Positions 9,689 to 20,773 of a DNA stretch of 64,000 nucleotides are shown piece by piece. The notes beneath the pieces are model-generated. The model was given only the letters and a program-made list of their open reading frames with translations. It made no database searches and was not told the origin of the DNA. The stretch is from a bacterium (GTDB lineage Bacteria > Patescibacteriota > Minisyncoccia > Phycocordibacterales > UBA9973). The stretch spans positions 5,424 to 69,423 of the forward strand of contig JBAXPX010000001.1 of assembly GCA_037132055.1 (NCBI GenBank). The letters are read 5' to 3'. Each line of letters starts with the position of its first letter. Positions within the stretch are counted from its first letter, which is position 1. The translations under genes were made by a program, and so were the position numbers.

Positions 9689-10777
9689 TTAAACAGTAGT
9701 TTTTAATTTTTGGTCTCTTTTAAATCGTGCTATAGCAAGGTCAATCAATTTATCTAAGAGTTTCGGTAAGGAAAGTCCAGATGCTTCCCACATTTTTGGA
9801 TACATACTTATCGCTGTAAAACCAGGTAATGTATTTATTTCATTCACGATAATTTTATTATTTTTTGTCACAAAAAAATCTACTCGTCCCATACCTTCAC
9901 AACTTAAAGTTTTAAAAACTTTTACAGCCATCATTTGTATTTCTTTTATTGTCTTTTTGGGTAATTCTGCGGGTATCTTGCATACTGATTTATCGTCTAT
10001 ATATTTTGAATTATAAGAATAAAAATCAGCATTTGAAATTATTTCTCCAGGCAGAGATGCCAAAGGATTTTCATTTCCCAAAACAGAGCATTCTATTTCC
10101 CTACCATTGATATTTTCTTCAATGACAACTTTATTATCATACTGAAATGCATCTTTTAACCCAGCATAAAATTCTTTTTCGTTTTTTACTTTATGAATAC
10201 CAACCGAAGATCCAAGATTGGCAGGTTTAATAAATAAAGGTAAACCTAATTTTTTTGAAATTTCTTTAAATGAAATCTTCGCTGTTTTTTCCACTGCTAT
10301 AAATTTACCAATCGGAATACCAGCTTCTCGAAAAAGTCTTTTCATCACGTCTTTATCCATTCCGACAGCCGAACCAAGCACGCTCGGACCAATAAAAGGT
10401 ATTCCAGCCAATTTTAAAAATCCCTGCATACTACCATCCTCACCAAATGGACCATGCAATACTGGGAAAATAACGTCTAGTTTTTCACAGTTTTTCAAAT
10501 CACGCATACTCACTAAAGCACCAGATCCCTCGGTAGTAAGAATTACTTCATTATTTGATTTATTGAGTTTGATTAGTTTTGGGTCATTATTATTTAATAA
10601 ATAATTTGAAATATTACCCAATAACCACTTGCCATTTTTATCTATACCAATCGGTATAATTTCATATTTCTTCTTATCTAAAAAATTAATAACATTTTTA
10701 GCAGACTGCAAAGAAACTTCGTGCTCTGCAGATTTACCACCGAAAAGTACGCCTATTTTTAGCTTCTTTTTTGCCAT
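9689..10777 (-). CDS. ddl: D-alanine--D-alanine ligase
   Basis: GGKSAEHEVS, LHGPFGEDG, GSSVG, EINTLPGFT. Confidence 0.97.
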   Translation of the reverse strand: MAKKKLKIGVLFGGKSAEHEVSLQSAKNVINFLDKKKYEIIPIGIDKNGKWLLGNISNYLLNNNDPKLIKLNKSNNEVILTTEGSGALVSMRDLKNCEKLDVIFPVLHGPFGEDGSMQGFLKLAGIPFIGPSVLGSAVGMDKDVMKRLFREAGIPIGKFIAVEKTAKISFKEISKKLGLPLFIKPANLGSSVGIHKVKNEKEFYAGLKDAFQYDNKVVIEENINGREIECSVLGNENPLASLPGEIISNADFYSYNSKYIDDKSVCKIPAELPKKTIKEIQMMAVKVFKTLSCEGMGRVDFFVTKNNKIIVNEINTLPGFTAISMYPKMWEASGLSLPKLLDKLIDLAIARFKRDQKLKTTV

Positions 10778-10860
10778 TTTTCCAGTATAACATTTCTGTT
10801 TAGAAATAAAAATATAGCTTAAATATCAACACTTTTGTCCGATCGTCTAAAAATGTTATT

Positions 10861-12567
10861 TTAATATACTTCTTGTTGGTAACATCTTTCACAATAAATA
10901 ATCTCTGGTCTATCTGGAGCGTAACTTGTTTCAAATTCATTGAAACATCCTTCTCTCATGCATTTTCGATGCCAGAGTTTTGGAGGTAATATTTTTGCAA
11001 ATCTTTCATAGTATCTGCAATTAGAACATTTGTTTGGAATTGGAATGTTGTGTTTTTTATAAAACTGAAACTCATCTTTGGTTAAACGAAAAGCTGTCAT
11101 ACATTGATGGTTGCACTTGCCTTCATCCAAGCAACCTAAAACTTCATCAAGAATTTCTTCTTTCACATCTTTGATATTATCTGGGATATCTTCGGCTTTA
11201 ATACTAATTGTATAATTTTTTGGCTCAGGGTCTTTCCATCTATATCCCATTTTTAATGCTTCTTCTTTGGTAAGTGGTAAAAAATCCTGCGCACAAGTTT
11301 CGTTATACGCGAACGCAGATAATTCTATGGGGAAAAATTCCCCATACTTATATACCCTCCCACCTTTATCAATATATGGCATTTCTTCCATGTGTTTTTT
11401 AATCTTTTTAATTAGTTCTTCATATTCTTTTTTCTTATATATTTTATTTAAAATCACATTTTCTTTATTTTTTATACTTATACACCCAAAAAGTTTTTTT
11501 GATGACATGCAATATTCTAGATACTCTCCATCTCGAACCTGATTCATTGCTGAGTATGAAAATTTAACATTATAATCATTCAAACATCCGGTAGTATACT
11601 CATATATTAGCTCTGACCATCCACCAAAAAATGTGTCCAAGGAATCTTTCATTCCAATAGAACGATAATTATATTTTAAATTTTCACTATTAGAACACTC
11701 AAAACAATCTTTGCAATTCTTCGCGTTTAACAAATTATTCCCTGTAGAATCAACTGATTTTGTGATATTAGCAAAACGATAGATAGCTTTTTTACAAAGA
11801 TCATCAAATTCTTTTATTAAAATTCCTCTAGATTTTCTACTTCCTAAATTTAACTTTTCAATCTCCTTAAAATAATCTTCCTTAGAATATTTCTTATTTC
11901 TAAAATAAAATTCTTTATTTCTTAAGTTAGAAGAGAGGACGCAATTACTACAATTTACGCAATCAATTAAAAAATACGAATCTAGACAGTTCCTCGAAAG
12001 AATAAGATTTTGAGAATTATAATTTTTTTCACACTCAATATTTTCATATAAACCGTTCGACTCTATTATGTTATAACTATCTAAGATATCATATGATTTA
12101 TCAACAATTCTTGAATAGAATATGTTTTCTGATCCTAAAACAACTGAAGTGGATAAATAAACATTTTTTGACTCACCTACCATATTTGAATAAGGAGAAT
12201 TCAAAGTACTTCTCTGCCAAAGACCAAGGCGAGGAACAACAAGAGAAAGATCTTTCCATTGCTCAAAAAAGTTTTTAGAAAAGTCATAATCACGCCCGTA
12301 GGAAGTCGCATCCCAATTATCAGAATACCAGCATTCTTTGCAATATACAGGGGAAATAGCATCTTTGGGATACATAGATATCATATCTTTTTGACATAAA
12401 TCACAAGCGCGTTTATATAAAGTCCGTTCATTCCGCCAAGTCATTCGTCTTTGGAATCTGCATTCTGGACAAAATGTCGGAGGAGGAACTTTTATGCGTT
12501 CATAAAATCCAAAATCATCACTAGTTATTTCAAAATTTGTTTTGCAATTCTGACATTCTTTATTCAT
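10861..12567 (-). CDS. Cys-rich CPR-type hypothetical protein (CPECR...RR family)
   Basis: PPPTFCPECRFQRR, repeated CxxC, C-terminal IYCERCYQQEVY; paralog of the neighbouring split gene. Confidence 0.85.
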   Translation of the reverse strand: MNKECQNCKTNFEITSDDFGFYERIKVPPPTFCPECRFQRRMTWRNERTLYKRACDLCQKDMISMYPKDAISPVYCKECWYSDNWDATSYGRDYDFSKNFFEQWKDLSLVVPRLGLWQRSTLNSPYSNMVGESKNVYLSTSVVLGSENIFYSRIVDKSYDILDSYNIIESNGLYENIECEKNYNSQNLILSRNCLDSYFLIDCVNCSNCVLSSNLRNKEFYFRNKKYSKEDYFKEIEKLNLGSRKSRGILIKEFDDLCKKAIYRFANITKSVDSTGNNLLNAKNCKDCFECSNSENLKYNYRSIGMKDSLDTFFGGWSELIYEYTTGCLNDYNVKFSYSAMNQVRDGEYLEYCMSSKKLFGCISIKNKENVILNKIYKKKEYEELIKKIKKHMEEMPYIDKGGRVYKYGEFFPIELSAFAYNETCAQDFLPLTKEEALKMGYRWKDPEPKNYTISIKAEDIPDNIKDVKEEILDEVLGCLDEGKCNHQCMTAFRLTKDEFQFYKKHNIPIPNKCSNCRYYERFAKILPPKLWHRKCMREGCFNEFETSYAPDRPEIIYCERCYQQEVY

Positions 12568-12803
12568 AGACCATCTATCCATCTAAAAAATCTGGCTTCT
12601 AATTTTAGATATTTACCCTCCATCTTTTTAAACCACTTTGTTAATGATTTTATCTTTCCTTCATCTCTCAAGATTCCATACACAAAAACAGAAAAAGCTA
12701 TAAAAAGACCCAGTAATGCTAAAATAAACATAACTGTAAAATTAAAATAATACCATACCATTCCTGCCACAATTAATACCAATAAAACAGCTCTTAAATC
12801 CAT
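12564..12803 (-). CDS. Small membrane protein
   Basis: Two hydrophobic helices; stop overlaps the start of the next gene. Confidence 0.65.
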   Translation of the reverse strand: MDLRAVLLVLIVAGMVWYYFNFTVMFILALLGLFIAFSVFVYGILRDEGKIKSLTKWFKKMEGKYLKLEARFFRWIDGL

Positions 12804-12819
12804 ATTTTTATATTATATA

Positions 12820-14568
12820 CTAATAAACTTCTTGTTGATAACAACGTTTGCAATAAACTATTTCTGGTCTTTCGGGATTATAACTTGTTTCAAACTCATT
12901 TTTACATTGACCTTCGTGTCCATGGTTTGATTCCTCACACACGCAAGCTCTATGCCAGAGTTTAAGTGGTTGACGTTTTAAAAGTCTTTCATAATTACGG
13001 CAATTAGGGCAAAGAGTTGGTAGTGGTATATTGTTTGCTCGATAAAAAGAAAGTTCATTTGGAATAATTTTAAAAGCAGTCGTACATTGTTGATTGCATT
13101 TTCCTTCATGCGCACAAGCAATCACTTCATTTAAAATATCATCGCTGACCAAATTAATGCTCCCTGGTAATTCATTAGATAATACTGTAGGAATATAATT
13201 TTTTGTATCTGGCTCTTTCCAATTATAACCAATAGCTAGAACTTCTTCTTTAGTTTTTGGGAAAAATTGTTGAGCTATTGTTTCATTATAAGCAAAAGGC
13301 AACATATCACATGGAAAATATTCTCCATAACGCAAGACTCTGCCTTTTTTGTCAGTAAATGGTAAAGAGTTCATTTGTTCTTTTATTTTTGGAACCAATT
13401 CTTCATATTCCTCCCTTGAATACTGTTTATTTAAAATACAATATTGTTTTTTATGAAGCCCAACACATCCAAATAAATTTGAAGAAGAACGGCAATTGAT
13501 GCAATATTCTGCTTTTATTAGTTGATCCCAAGATTCATTACAAAATAAAACTGACGAGCATTGTCTACCAATACTACAAGATTCATAAATGAGTTCACTT
13601 CCGAGTCCCCAATAGGTGTAATCCATAACGTCTTTTGCCTTAAAAATGCCATATAAATATTTTCCATCTTCAACTTCATCACAATTGAAAGACATTTTGA
13701 CTGTTTTTGAATTTTCAATCCAATTTCCTGAGGAATTTACTGAATGATGCTCTACCATACATGGAACAATATATTTCAAAGACTCTTGTGTCACTTTTTC
13801 TTTTATTCTTTCAAAATCGACTCTGTTATAAATTTTAAATTCAGAAATTTTTTGTAAATATTCTTCTCTTCCATACTATTTGTTAAAAATGCAATAGTTT
13901 TTATTTCTTAAGTTAGTACACCCAAAGCAATTCTGACAATTTCGACAATTTAACAAAAAGTATGAATCAATGCACTCATTACACTCTCTAGAGTATTTCA
14001 AGCCGTTACAATTATAGCAATCAATGCATTCATAACATTTTTCGCATTTGTGAATGTTGTAGCAATCCATACAATTTTTTGTATCCCAATACGAATCTCC
14101 ATACAAACAGTCTTCGTTTCTATTGCTAGCAAAAATAAGATAGCAGTTTTTCAAATCACTCACTCGATTGGCATACTCACTGTTTGTATTAAAACCTTGT
14201 CTTATTATTCCGAGCCGTGGCACATCTTTGAATAATTCTTCATATTGTTCAAAAAAGGTTTGGGAAAAGTTAAAATCTCTTCCATATTCTATTCCATCAA
14301 AATCATCAGAATGAAAACACTCGAAACAATAAACTTTATATTGACTGTCTTTTGGATAAATTAATATTTTTTCTTCGCCGCACGAATCACATTCTCGTTT
14401 ATAAAGAGCCCTTTCATTTCGCATTATTAAGCGTCGAATTAACCGACATTCCGGACAAAAAGTCGGTGGAGGAACTTTAATCTTTTCGTAGAAATTAAAA
14501 TCTTCAGGCTCTATAGTGAAAGAACCACGACAGTTTTGACATATTACATTTTGTGGTTCATGCTCCAT
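12820..14568 (-). pseudogene. Second Cys-rich paralog interrupted by one in-frame TAG at 13876-13878
   Basis: ORFs 13876..14568 and 12820..13794 share a frame; NK*YGREEY aligns with NKQYSREEY and NKKYSKEDY. Confidence 0.85.
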
Positions 14569-14866
14569 ATCTTTTTTGTCCCGATCCCGACTCTTTGAGT
14601 CGTGGATCGTGGATCCTCGATTCCTTAAAATTTATTAATTTCTCAATAGCTGCGCGCTTCTTCCAGCTTTTCACTTGATATTCTCTTTTTCTCGCTTCTG
14701 ATAATGTTTTATACTCTTCAGTATATACGATTTTCCAAGGTAAATGAACCTTCGTAGATTTTACTAAGCCTGAATTATGCTGATTAAATCTCTTGTTAAT
14801 ATCCGCGCAGCTACCTACATAATACCTCCCATCTTTTATTGAATTTAGTATGTAAAGGTAAAACAT
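14558..14866 (-). CDS. Small GIY-YIG nuclease family protein
   Basis: FYLYIL...YYVGS...RFNQHN...EARKREYQVKSWK. Confidence 0.9.
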   Translation of the reverse strand: MFYLYILNSIKDGRYYVGSCADINKRFNQHNSGLVKSTKVHLPWKIVYTEEYKTLSEARKREYQVKSWKKRAAIEKLINFKESRIHDPRLKESGSGQKRYGA

Positions 14867-14924
14867 ATAAATTTTAGGAATCGGGACAGTTCTGACAGGA
14901 TTTTATTTATGCCTCCATAAAAAA

Positions 14925-16064
14925 TTAAAATAGTTTAATTACATCATGATAAGTGACAAGAAGCATTAAAATAATTAAAATCGCAAAGCCAACCATATTG
15001 GCAGTGTTTGCAATTTTTGGATTTATGCGAGAACCTTTTATTTTTTCAATAAGTAAGAAAAGCAATCTCCCTCCATCGAGAGCAGGAAATGGAATTAAAT
15101 TTATTATTGCTAAATTTACCGATATCAGTGCCATAAATGACATTAAATACACGAAGCCAAATTTATATGCATCCCCCACAATACTCACCATCCCCACAGG
15201 CCCCGTAACTGAAGAAAAGCTTCCTTTTCCCTGTATACCACTCGCTATTAGCGTATAAAGGCCCACCACAGTGCCTTTTGTTACGTTCCAGTCTAACTTT
15301 AAACCTTCCCAAAAAGCTCTTAAAACAGGCAATTTTGCCGTTCCTATAAGATCCATAGCAATACCGATGCTCGGTTTGTCTCCTGCTGTAGCAGAAACAA
15401 GAATCACGTTTGTGGTATATATATTTTTATCTTTTCCGCGAGTATATCCAAATTCTATTTTTTCATTTGGATGAGATACGATAAAGGACTTTAATGTATC
15501 AGGATTTAAATCAACAAGAAGAGAGTCTTTACCGCTTTTTACTGAAACAATTTTATCACCTCCCTTTATGCCCGCATTTTCAGCTGGGGATTTTGGAAGT
15601 ACTGAAACAATAACTAAATTTACATTTTCAAGGGTATATCCTTTTGGCTGACTACTAACCGAAGTAGGAAGTCCAGAAATAAAACAAATAGAAAATAAGA
15701 ACCAAGCTAATAAAAAATTGGCAAAAATACCAGCAAATAATACGATAGCTTGTTTGTATTTTGGCTTACTTATCAAACTTCTTTCAAAATCAACCTTTTG
15801 GGGTGTTTCTTTTTTATCTAAAAATCCAACTTCTACTAGATCGGCTTCGTCTATGTTTTCACCAAAAATTTTCACAAATCCACCAAAAGGCAAGGCGTTT
15901 ATTGAATATTCAGTTTCTCCTCGTTTCCAACTAAATAATTTTGGTGGAAAACCAAAACCAAATTCATCAACCCTGATACCAAATCTTTTCGCAGTAAAAA
16001 AATGCCCAAATTCATGAACTAAAACCAAGACTAGTAGAATTATAACAAAAATTAAAATATTCAT
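14925..16064 (-). CDS. rseP: RIP metalloprotease RseP (M50, PDZ)
   Basis: HEFGH, PDZ domain, NLIPFPALDGG. Confidence 0.95.
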   Translation of the reverse strand: MNILIFVIILLVLVLVHEFGHFFTAKRFGIRVDEFGFGFPPKLFSWKRGETEYSINALPFGGFVKIFGENIDEADLVEVGFLDKKETPQKVDFERSLISKPKYKQAIVLFAGIFANFLLAWFLFSICFISGLPTSVSSQPKGYTLENVNLVIVSVLPKSPAENAGIKGGDKIVSVKSGKDSLLVDLNPDTLKSFIVSHPNEKIEFGYTRGKDKNIYTTNVILVSATAGDKPSIGIAMDLIGTAKLPVLRAFWEGLKLDWNVTKGTVVGLYTLIASGIQGKGSFSSVTGPVGMVSIVGDAYKFGFVYLMSFMALISVNLAIINLIPFPALDGGRLLFLLIEKIKGSRINPKIANTANMVGFAILIILMLLVTYHDVIKLF

Positions 16065-16074
16065 ATTTTACTTA

Positions 16075-16626
16075 TTAACCTAAAACCTCTTTTTCTTTTT
16101 TTGAAAAAGTATTCTCCAAGTTTTTATTAGCTTCATCTACTATTTTTTGTAATTCGTCTTTCGCTCGGATTTTTTCGTCTTCTGTCATTTTCCCATCACG
16201 TTCTTGTTTTTGAATCTCTTCCCAGATTTGTCCTCGCTCCCTACGAAGAGTAATACGTGCTTCTTCTAATTTCTCTTTTATAACTTTTACGAGTTTTTGT
16301 CTTGTTTCTGTTGTAAGTTGAGGAAAAATAACACGTATACCAGAATCATCAGTAGCTACAGAAAGCCCCAAATCTGCTACTGTGATAGCTTTTTCAATTG
16401 GTTTTATGTGATTCTTGTCCCAAGGAGCAACTCGTAGTGTTTTTGTGTCTTCTATTGATATAGAGGCAACATTTTTGATTGGTTGCATCGCTCCATATGA
16501 CTCAACAGAAACACCATCCAACACCATAGGAGATGCACGTCCAGTGGAAAGCTGGCTGTATTCTTTGCCTAAAAAATCATCTATCTTTTTAAGACCTACT
16601 TTAAAGTTTGAAAAATTATATTGCAT
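16075..16626 (-). CDS. frr: Ribosome recycling factor
   Basis: TGRASP and PQLTTETRQKLVK; start trimmed to MQYNF just after TGcTATAAT. Confidence 0.94.
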   Translation of the reverse strand: MQYNFSNFKVGLKKIDDFLGKEYSQLSTGRASPMVLDGVSVESYGAMQPIKNVASISIEDTKTLRVAPWDKNHIKPIEKAITVADLGLSVATDDSGIRVIFPQLTTETRQKLVKVIKEKLEEARITLRRERGQIWEEIQKQERDGKMTEDEKIRAKDELQKIVDEANKNLENTFSKKEKEVLG

Positions 16627-16645
16627 AGCTTTATTATAGCAAATA

Positions 16646-17386
16646 TTAAAAAGTTGGCACAGACAAGGCAACAGACTCCATTAGGCTCTTTTGCGATGAA
16701 CCCGGCTGATTAATAAAAACTCTTACTTTAAAAATCTGATAAAAATAATCAATTTCTCCAGTGAGAGCTTTAGGCTCTTTCTGAGGACCTAAGGCTTTCA
16801 CTAACTTTTGATGTAAAACCATTTCAAGTGCATTAAGAAATTTTAGGGCTTTTGATTTTGAAGTCTTTGTGTTTATGCCTAGATCTTTCTCATTATTTTC
16901 GTCAATCAATAAGTCTTTTATAAAAGAAATTCTATCTTTTAAATTCATTTTTATAAATTTTTCTACGTCTTTTATGTAATCATCTATATTTATCTTTGAT
17001 TTAATCAAATAAAATCTAGAAATGAAAGTTCCTAGGAGAGTGTTAGAATCCGGAACTATGACAAAAAAGTGGGTATTCTCTATTGGCTCTTCAAACATTT
17101 TAAGTAAAGTATTCTGTGCCTCCAATAAAAAACTATTTGCTGAAATTATATATATCTTTTTTCCTTTAGAAAACCCCTTCTCCAAACTTTTTGATTTTAA
17201 ATTTCTAGCATCTTCTATTTTAAAAGAATCAAATGTCATGTGACAAAAATCAGGATTGCTCGATGTTTCTAATCCGATCTCATTTAAAAATTTTAAAATT
17301 TGAGGAACTATTTCTTCATGTATACCCTCTATCAAGTATGCATGGTGTAAATTATTTTTATCTAAATTTTTATTAATTAAATTCAT
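16646..17386 (-). CDS. holB: DNA polymerase III delta'-like clamp-loader subunit (short, divergent)
   Basis: LHHAYLIEG, NPDF, EAQNTLLKMFEEP, LLGTFISR. Confidence 0.75.
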   Translation of the reverse strand: MNLINKNLDKNNLHHAYLIEGIHEEIVPQILKFLNEIGLETSSNPDFCHMTFDSFKIEDARNLKSKSLEKGFSKGKKIYIISANSFLLEAQNTLLKMFEEPIENTHFFVIVPDSNTLLGTFISRFYLIKSKINIDDYIKDVEKFIKMNLKDRISFIKDLLIDENNEKDLGINTKTSKSKALKFLNALEMVLHQKLVKALGPQKEPKALTGEIDYFYQIFKVRVFINQPGSSQKSLMESVALSVPTF

Positions 17387-17432
17387 ATTTTCTAGGTTCT
17401 AAAAGAGAATGATTGGCTACTAGCACCTAATT

Positions 17433-18446
17433 TTATCTCTTAGTTAAAACAGTTTTTTTATACACATCTAGGTGCTCGAGAGCTATGCCCGTACCCTTTG
17501 CCACACAAAACAATGCATCTTCTGCGATAGTAGCTTTCACTCCTGTTTTTCTGTAAACTAAATCAGCTAAATTCCTAAGTAATGATGAACCACCAGTCAT
17601 AATAATCCCATGATCGATAATGTCGGACGCAAGTTCTGGCGGAGTTTCTTGTAATACATCTTTTATCGCTTTTATAACTTGTTTTAATTCGTTGTCTATG
17701 GCTTTTACTATTTCATTGGTACCAACCTGAACAGAACGAGGTAATCCTTGTATAAAATCACGCCCTTTAATTGTCACACGAAGTTCTTCTTCTAAGTGCA
17801 CGGCTGCTCCAATTTTTATTTTTACTTCTTCTGCGGTTTTATCGCCTATTGCCAGATTAAAAGTTTTTTTAATATAATCTGCTATTGCTTGATCTATTTT
17901 ATTCCCAGCACATTTTACAGAAGTTGAAGCAACAATACCTCCGAGAGAAATAACTGCAACATCAGTAGTTCCACCTCCTATGTCGACTACCATATATCCT
18001 TTTGATTCATGAATTGGAATTCCAGCACCAATCGCCGCGAGAATGGGCTCTTTCACTACGTATGCATTTTTTGCACCTGCACGTATCGCTGCTTCAACGA
18101 CAGCTCTTCTTTCAGTAGAAGTAACTCCCGCTGGAACAGAAACCATAACATCTGGCTTAAAGAAATTAAACTTACCCATAGCTTTGTTTATAAAATATCT
18201 AAGCATAGCCTCGGTTACCCGATAGTCAGCAATAACTCCATCTTTCATTGGACAATATGTAATGATAGATTCTGGTGTTTTTCCTATCATGTCTTTTGCT
18301 TCAAATCCTATAGCTAAGATTTTATTATCCTGTTCGGAAACTGCAACAACTGAAGGCTCATTCAAAACTATTCCCTTGCCAGGTAAAAACACCAAGGTAT
18401 TTGCTGTTCCTAAATCTATCCCCAATTTTTTCGAAAAAATACTCAT
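17433..18446 (-). CDS. mreB: Rod shape-determining protein MreB
   Basis: GIDLGTANT, VDIGGGTTD, TGGSSLL. Confidence 0.97.
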   Translation of the reverse strand: MSIFSKKLGIDLGTANTLVFLPGKGIVLNEPSVVAVSEQDNKILAIGFEAKDMIGKTPESIITYCPMKDGVIADYRVTEAMLRYFINKAMGKFNFFKPDVMVSVPAGVTSTERRAVVEAAIRAGAKNAYVVKEPILAAIGAGIPIHESKGYMVVDIGGGTTDVAVISLGGIVASTSVKCAGNKIDQAIADYIKKTFNLAIGDKTAEEVKIKIGAAVHLEEELRVTIKGRDFIQGLPRSVQVGTNEIVKAIDNELKQVIKAIKDVLQETPPELASDIIDHGIIMTGGSSLLRNLADLVYRKTGVKATIAEDALFCVAKGTGIALEHLDVYKKTVLTKR

Positions 18447-18534
18447 ATGGAGTTAAATATATCACAACTTATGCTAGAATAAAAATACTTATCCCATTGT
18501 AAATTAACGGCAAAATAGTGTTTAATATAAAACC

Positions 18535-20490
18535 ATGAATGAAGAAAATAGTAAAATTCCCAATGAAATGAAAATAGTAACAATCATTCCCCTCAAAAGA
18601 GGCGTTTTCAGGGAGAATCTAACTTATTTTACTAACAAAAACGTAGAAAATGGAAATATAGTAAATGTTTCAGTTCGTGAAAAAAAGGTTTTAGGATTGG
18701 TTGTTTCAGTAGAAGAAGTAAATAATATTAAGTATGATATAAAAAATCTACACTTCAATTTAAAAAAAATTATTGATATAAAAGAACAATCAATATTCAC
18801 AAAAGAGTTCATAGAATCTGTATTTTTGATAGGAAAATATTTTGTATCAAAAAACAATAATTCTATGACTTCGCTAATACCAGCCATAATGAGAGAGGAA
18901 TATGACAAAATATCAAAATTTAAAAAAGAAACAAAAAGAATTGATCCGATTTCTTTTAAAAACGTAAAAACAGAAAAATTACTATTTCAAGCACAATTCG
19001 AAGATAGAATTTCTTTTTACAAAACTCTGATTCGTGGATCTTTTGCTCAAAAAAAATCTATTTTTATAGTACTACCAACAGAAAAAGATATTGAAGAATT
19101 TTCTAAACTACTTGAAAAAGGAATAGAGAATTTTGTAATTCCTATTCACGGAGGGTTTAGTCCCAAAAAACAATTAAAAAAAATAGAACAGATTATCAGC
19201 TCTGTTCATCCAATACTCGTACTGGGAACAGCCCCATACTTGTCTGTGCCACGTCAAGATTTCGAAACAATCATAATAGAACATGAAAATTCAAGTGCCT
19301 ATAAAATGATCGCAAGACCTCATTTTGATTTACGAACATATGTAGAAGTTTTTGCTTCAAAAATGGGAGCTAAACTAATACTGGGAGATTTCCTTCTTAG
19401 ATATGAAACGATCGCAAGAGTTGGGTTAGATAATTTTAGTGAAATACGCACTTTGTCATATAGAACTAATTTTAAGGGAGAAATAAAAACATCTGGGAAA
19501 GAAGACAAGTTTAAAGTTTTAACGGATGTAATTATAAAAGAAATTCAAAATACTATTTCAAAAAAAGAAAATGTTTTTATTTTTTCTTTAAGAAAAGGGC
19601 TGGCTACCATGACGATATGTAGAGATTGCAATGAACCAATTATGTGTGAAAAATGTTCTGCTCCACTTGTGTTATACATATCTCGTTACAGCAAAAAAAG
19701 AATGTTTATATGTAATAGATGCAAAGAAGAAAAAAGTCCTGAAACTACATGCTCAAATTGCAGAAGTTGGAACTTGACTCCCCTTGGCATAGGTACAGAT
19801 ACAGTATATGAAGAATTAAAAAAATATTTTCCAACAACTAAAATATTCAAATTGGATAAAGAATCTGCCAAAACAAACATGGGAGCAGAAAAGATAATGC
19901 AAGATTTTGAAGAAAACCAAGGGGCTATATTAGTAGGCACAGAAATGACCTTTTTTTATTTAAAAAATAAAATCCCACTTTCTGTAATAGCTTCTTTTGA
20001 TTCACTATGGAGTATCCCAAATTTTAGAATGAGCGAAAGAATAATCCAACTAATGATATCGGTGGTAAACAAAACCGATAAAAAACTTATAATTCAAACA
20101 AAAAATGAAAAAGACAGAGCCATAACTTCTCTCATAAATGAAAACCTGCTTTCTTTTGTTCGAGAAGAATTGAGCGACAGGAAACAATTAGAGTACCCGC
20201 CATATATGCGTTTCATTAAAATTACTCACTTAGGAGACAAAGAAAAAACAACAAATGCAAAAGCTTTGCTTGGAGAGTTATTAAAAGAATATAATCCTGA
20301 AATTTTTAGTGGATTTATTGCAAAAGAAAAGGGTAAATATTCCACAAACGCACTAATAAAACTTGATCCTAAAAAGTGGTCACTGCCGGAACTGTCAACT
20401 GGTTCTACTATTGATCAAAACCTTTTAGAAAAACTTTCTTCTCTTCCACTATCATTTTCAGTAAACATAGATCCAGAAGATTTGTTATAA
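18535..20490 (+). CDS. priA: Primosomal protein N' (PriA) with degenerate helicase motifs
   Basis: N-terminal DNA-binding region, four CxxC zinc motifs, GIGTDTV, YPPY, NIDP end; no clear Walker A. Confidence 0.85.
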   Translation: MNEENSKIPNEMKIVTIIPLKRGVFRENLTYFTNKNVENGNIVNVSVREKKVLGLVVSVEEVNNIKYDIKNLHFNLKKIIDIKEQSIFTKEFIESVFLIGKYFVSKNNNSMTSLIPAIMREEYDKISKFKKETKRIDPISFKNVKTEKLLFQAQFEDRISFYKTLIRGSFAQKKSIFIVLPTEKDIEEFSKLLEKGIENFVIPIHGGFSPKKQLKKIEQIISSVHPILVLGTAPYLSVPRQDFETIIIEHENSSAYKMIARPHFDLRTYVEVFASKMGAKLILGDFLLRYETIARVGLDNFSEIRTLSYRTNFKGEIKTSGKEDKFKVLTDVIIKEIQNTISKKENVFIFSLRKGLATMTICRDCNEPIMCEKCSAPLVLYISRYSKKRMFICNRCKEEKSPETTCSNCRSWNLTPLGIGTDTVYEELKKYFPTTKIFKLDKESAKTNMGAEKIMQDFEENQGAILVGTEMTFFYLKNKIPLSVIASFDSLWSIPNFRMSERIIQLMISVVNKTDKKLIIQTKNEKDRAITSLINENLLSFVREELSDRKQLEYPPYMRFIKITHLGDKEKTTNAKALLGELLKEYNPEIFSGFIAKEKGKYSTNALIKLDPKKWSLPELSTGSTIDQNLLEKLSSLPLSFSVNIDPEDLL

Positions 20491-20773
20491 ACAATGTTTA
20501 TAATTCCATAACTATTTGCAAGAAAAAATTCTTATGATATACTTTTAAGGTAATGTTTACAAGCCAGCAAAAACCAAATAATTGCATATTTGCTATTATT
20601 ATCGGCTTTATTAAAAGCCCGGTTTTTGTTGATAAAGTTTAGTAGACATAAAAACTAAAACAACCAACAAAGACCGGCCTAAAAGCCGATTTTTTTTGTT
20701 TTAGATTAGTTATTTGAAAAATATAATAATAGTCACTAAATAAAAATAAGTATTAACCAAAAACTTCAATCTT

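Noticed and set aside
18535-20490. PriA lacking helicase motifs as a pseudogene
   Set aside because: The ORF is intact with zinc motifs, and helicase-degenerate PriA variants are known.
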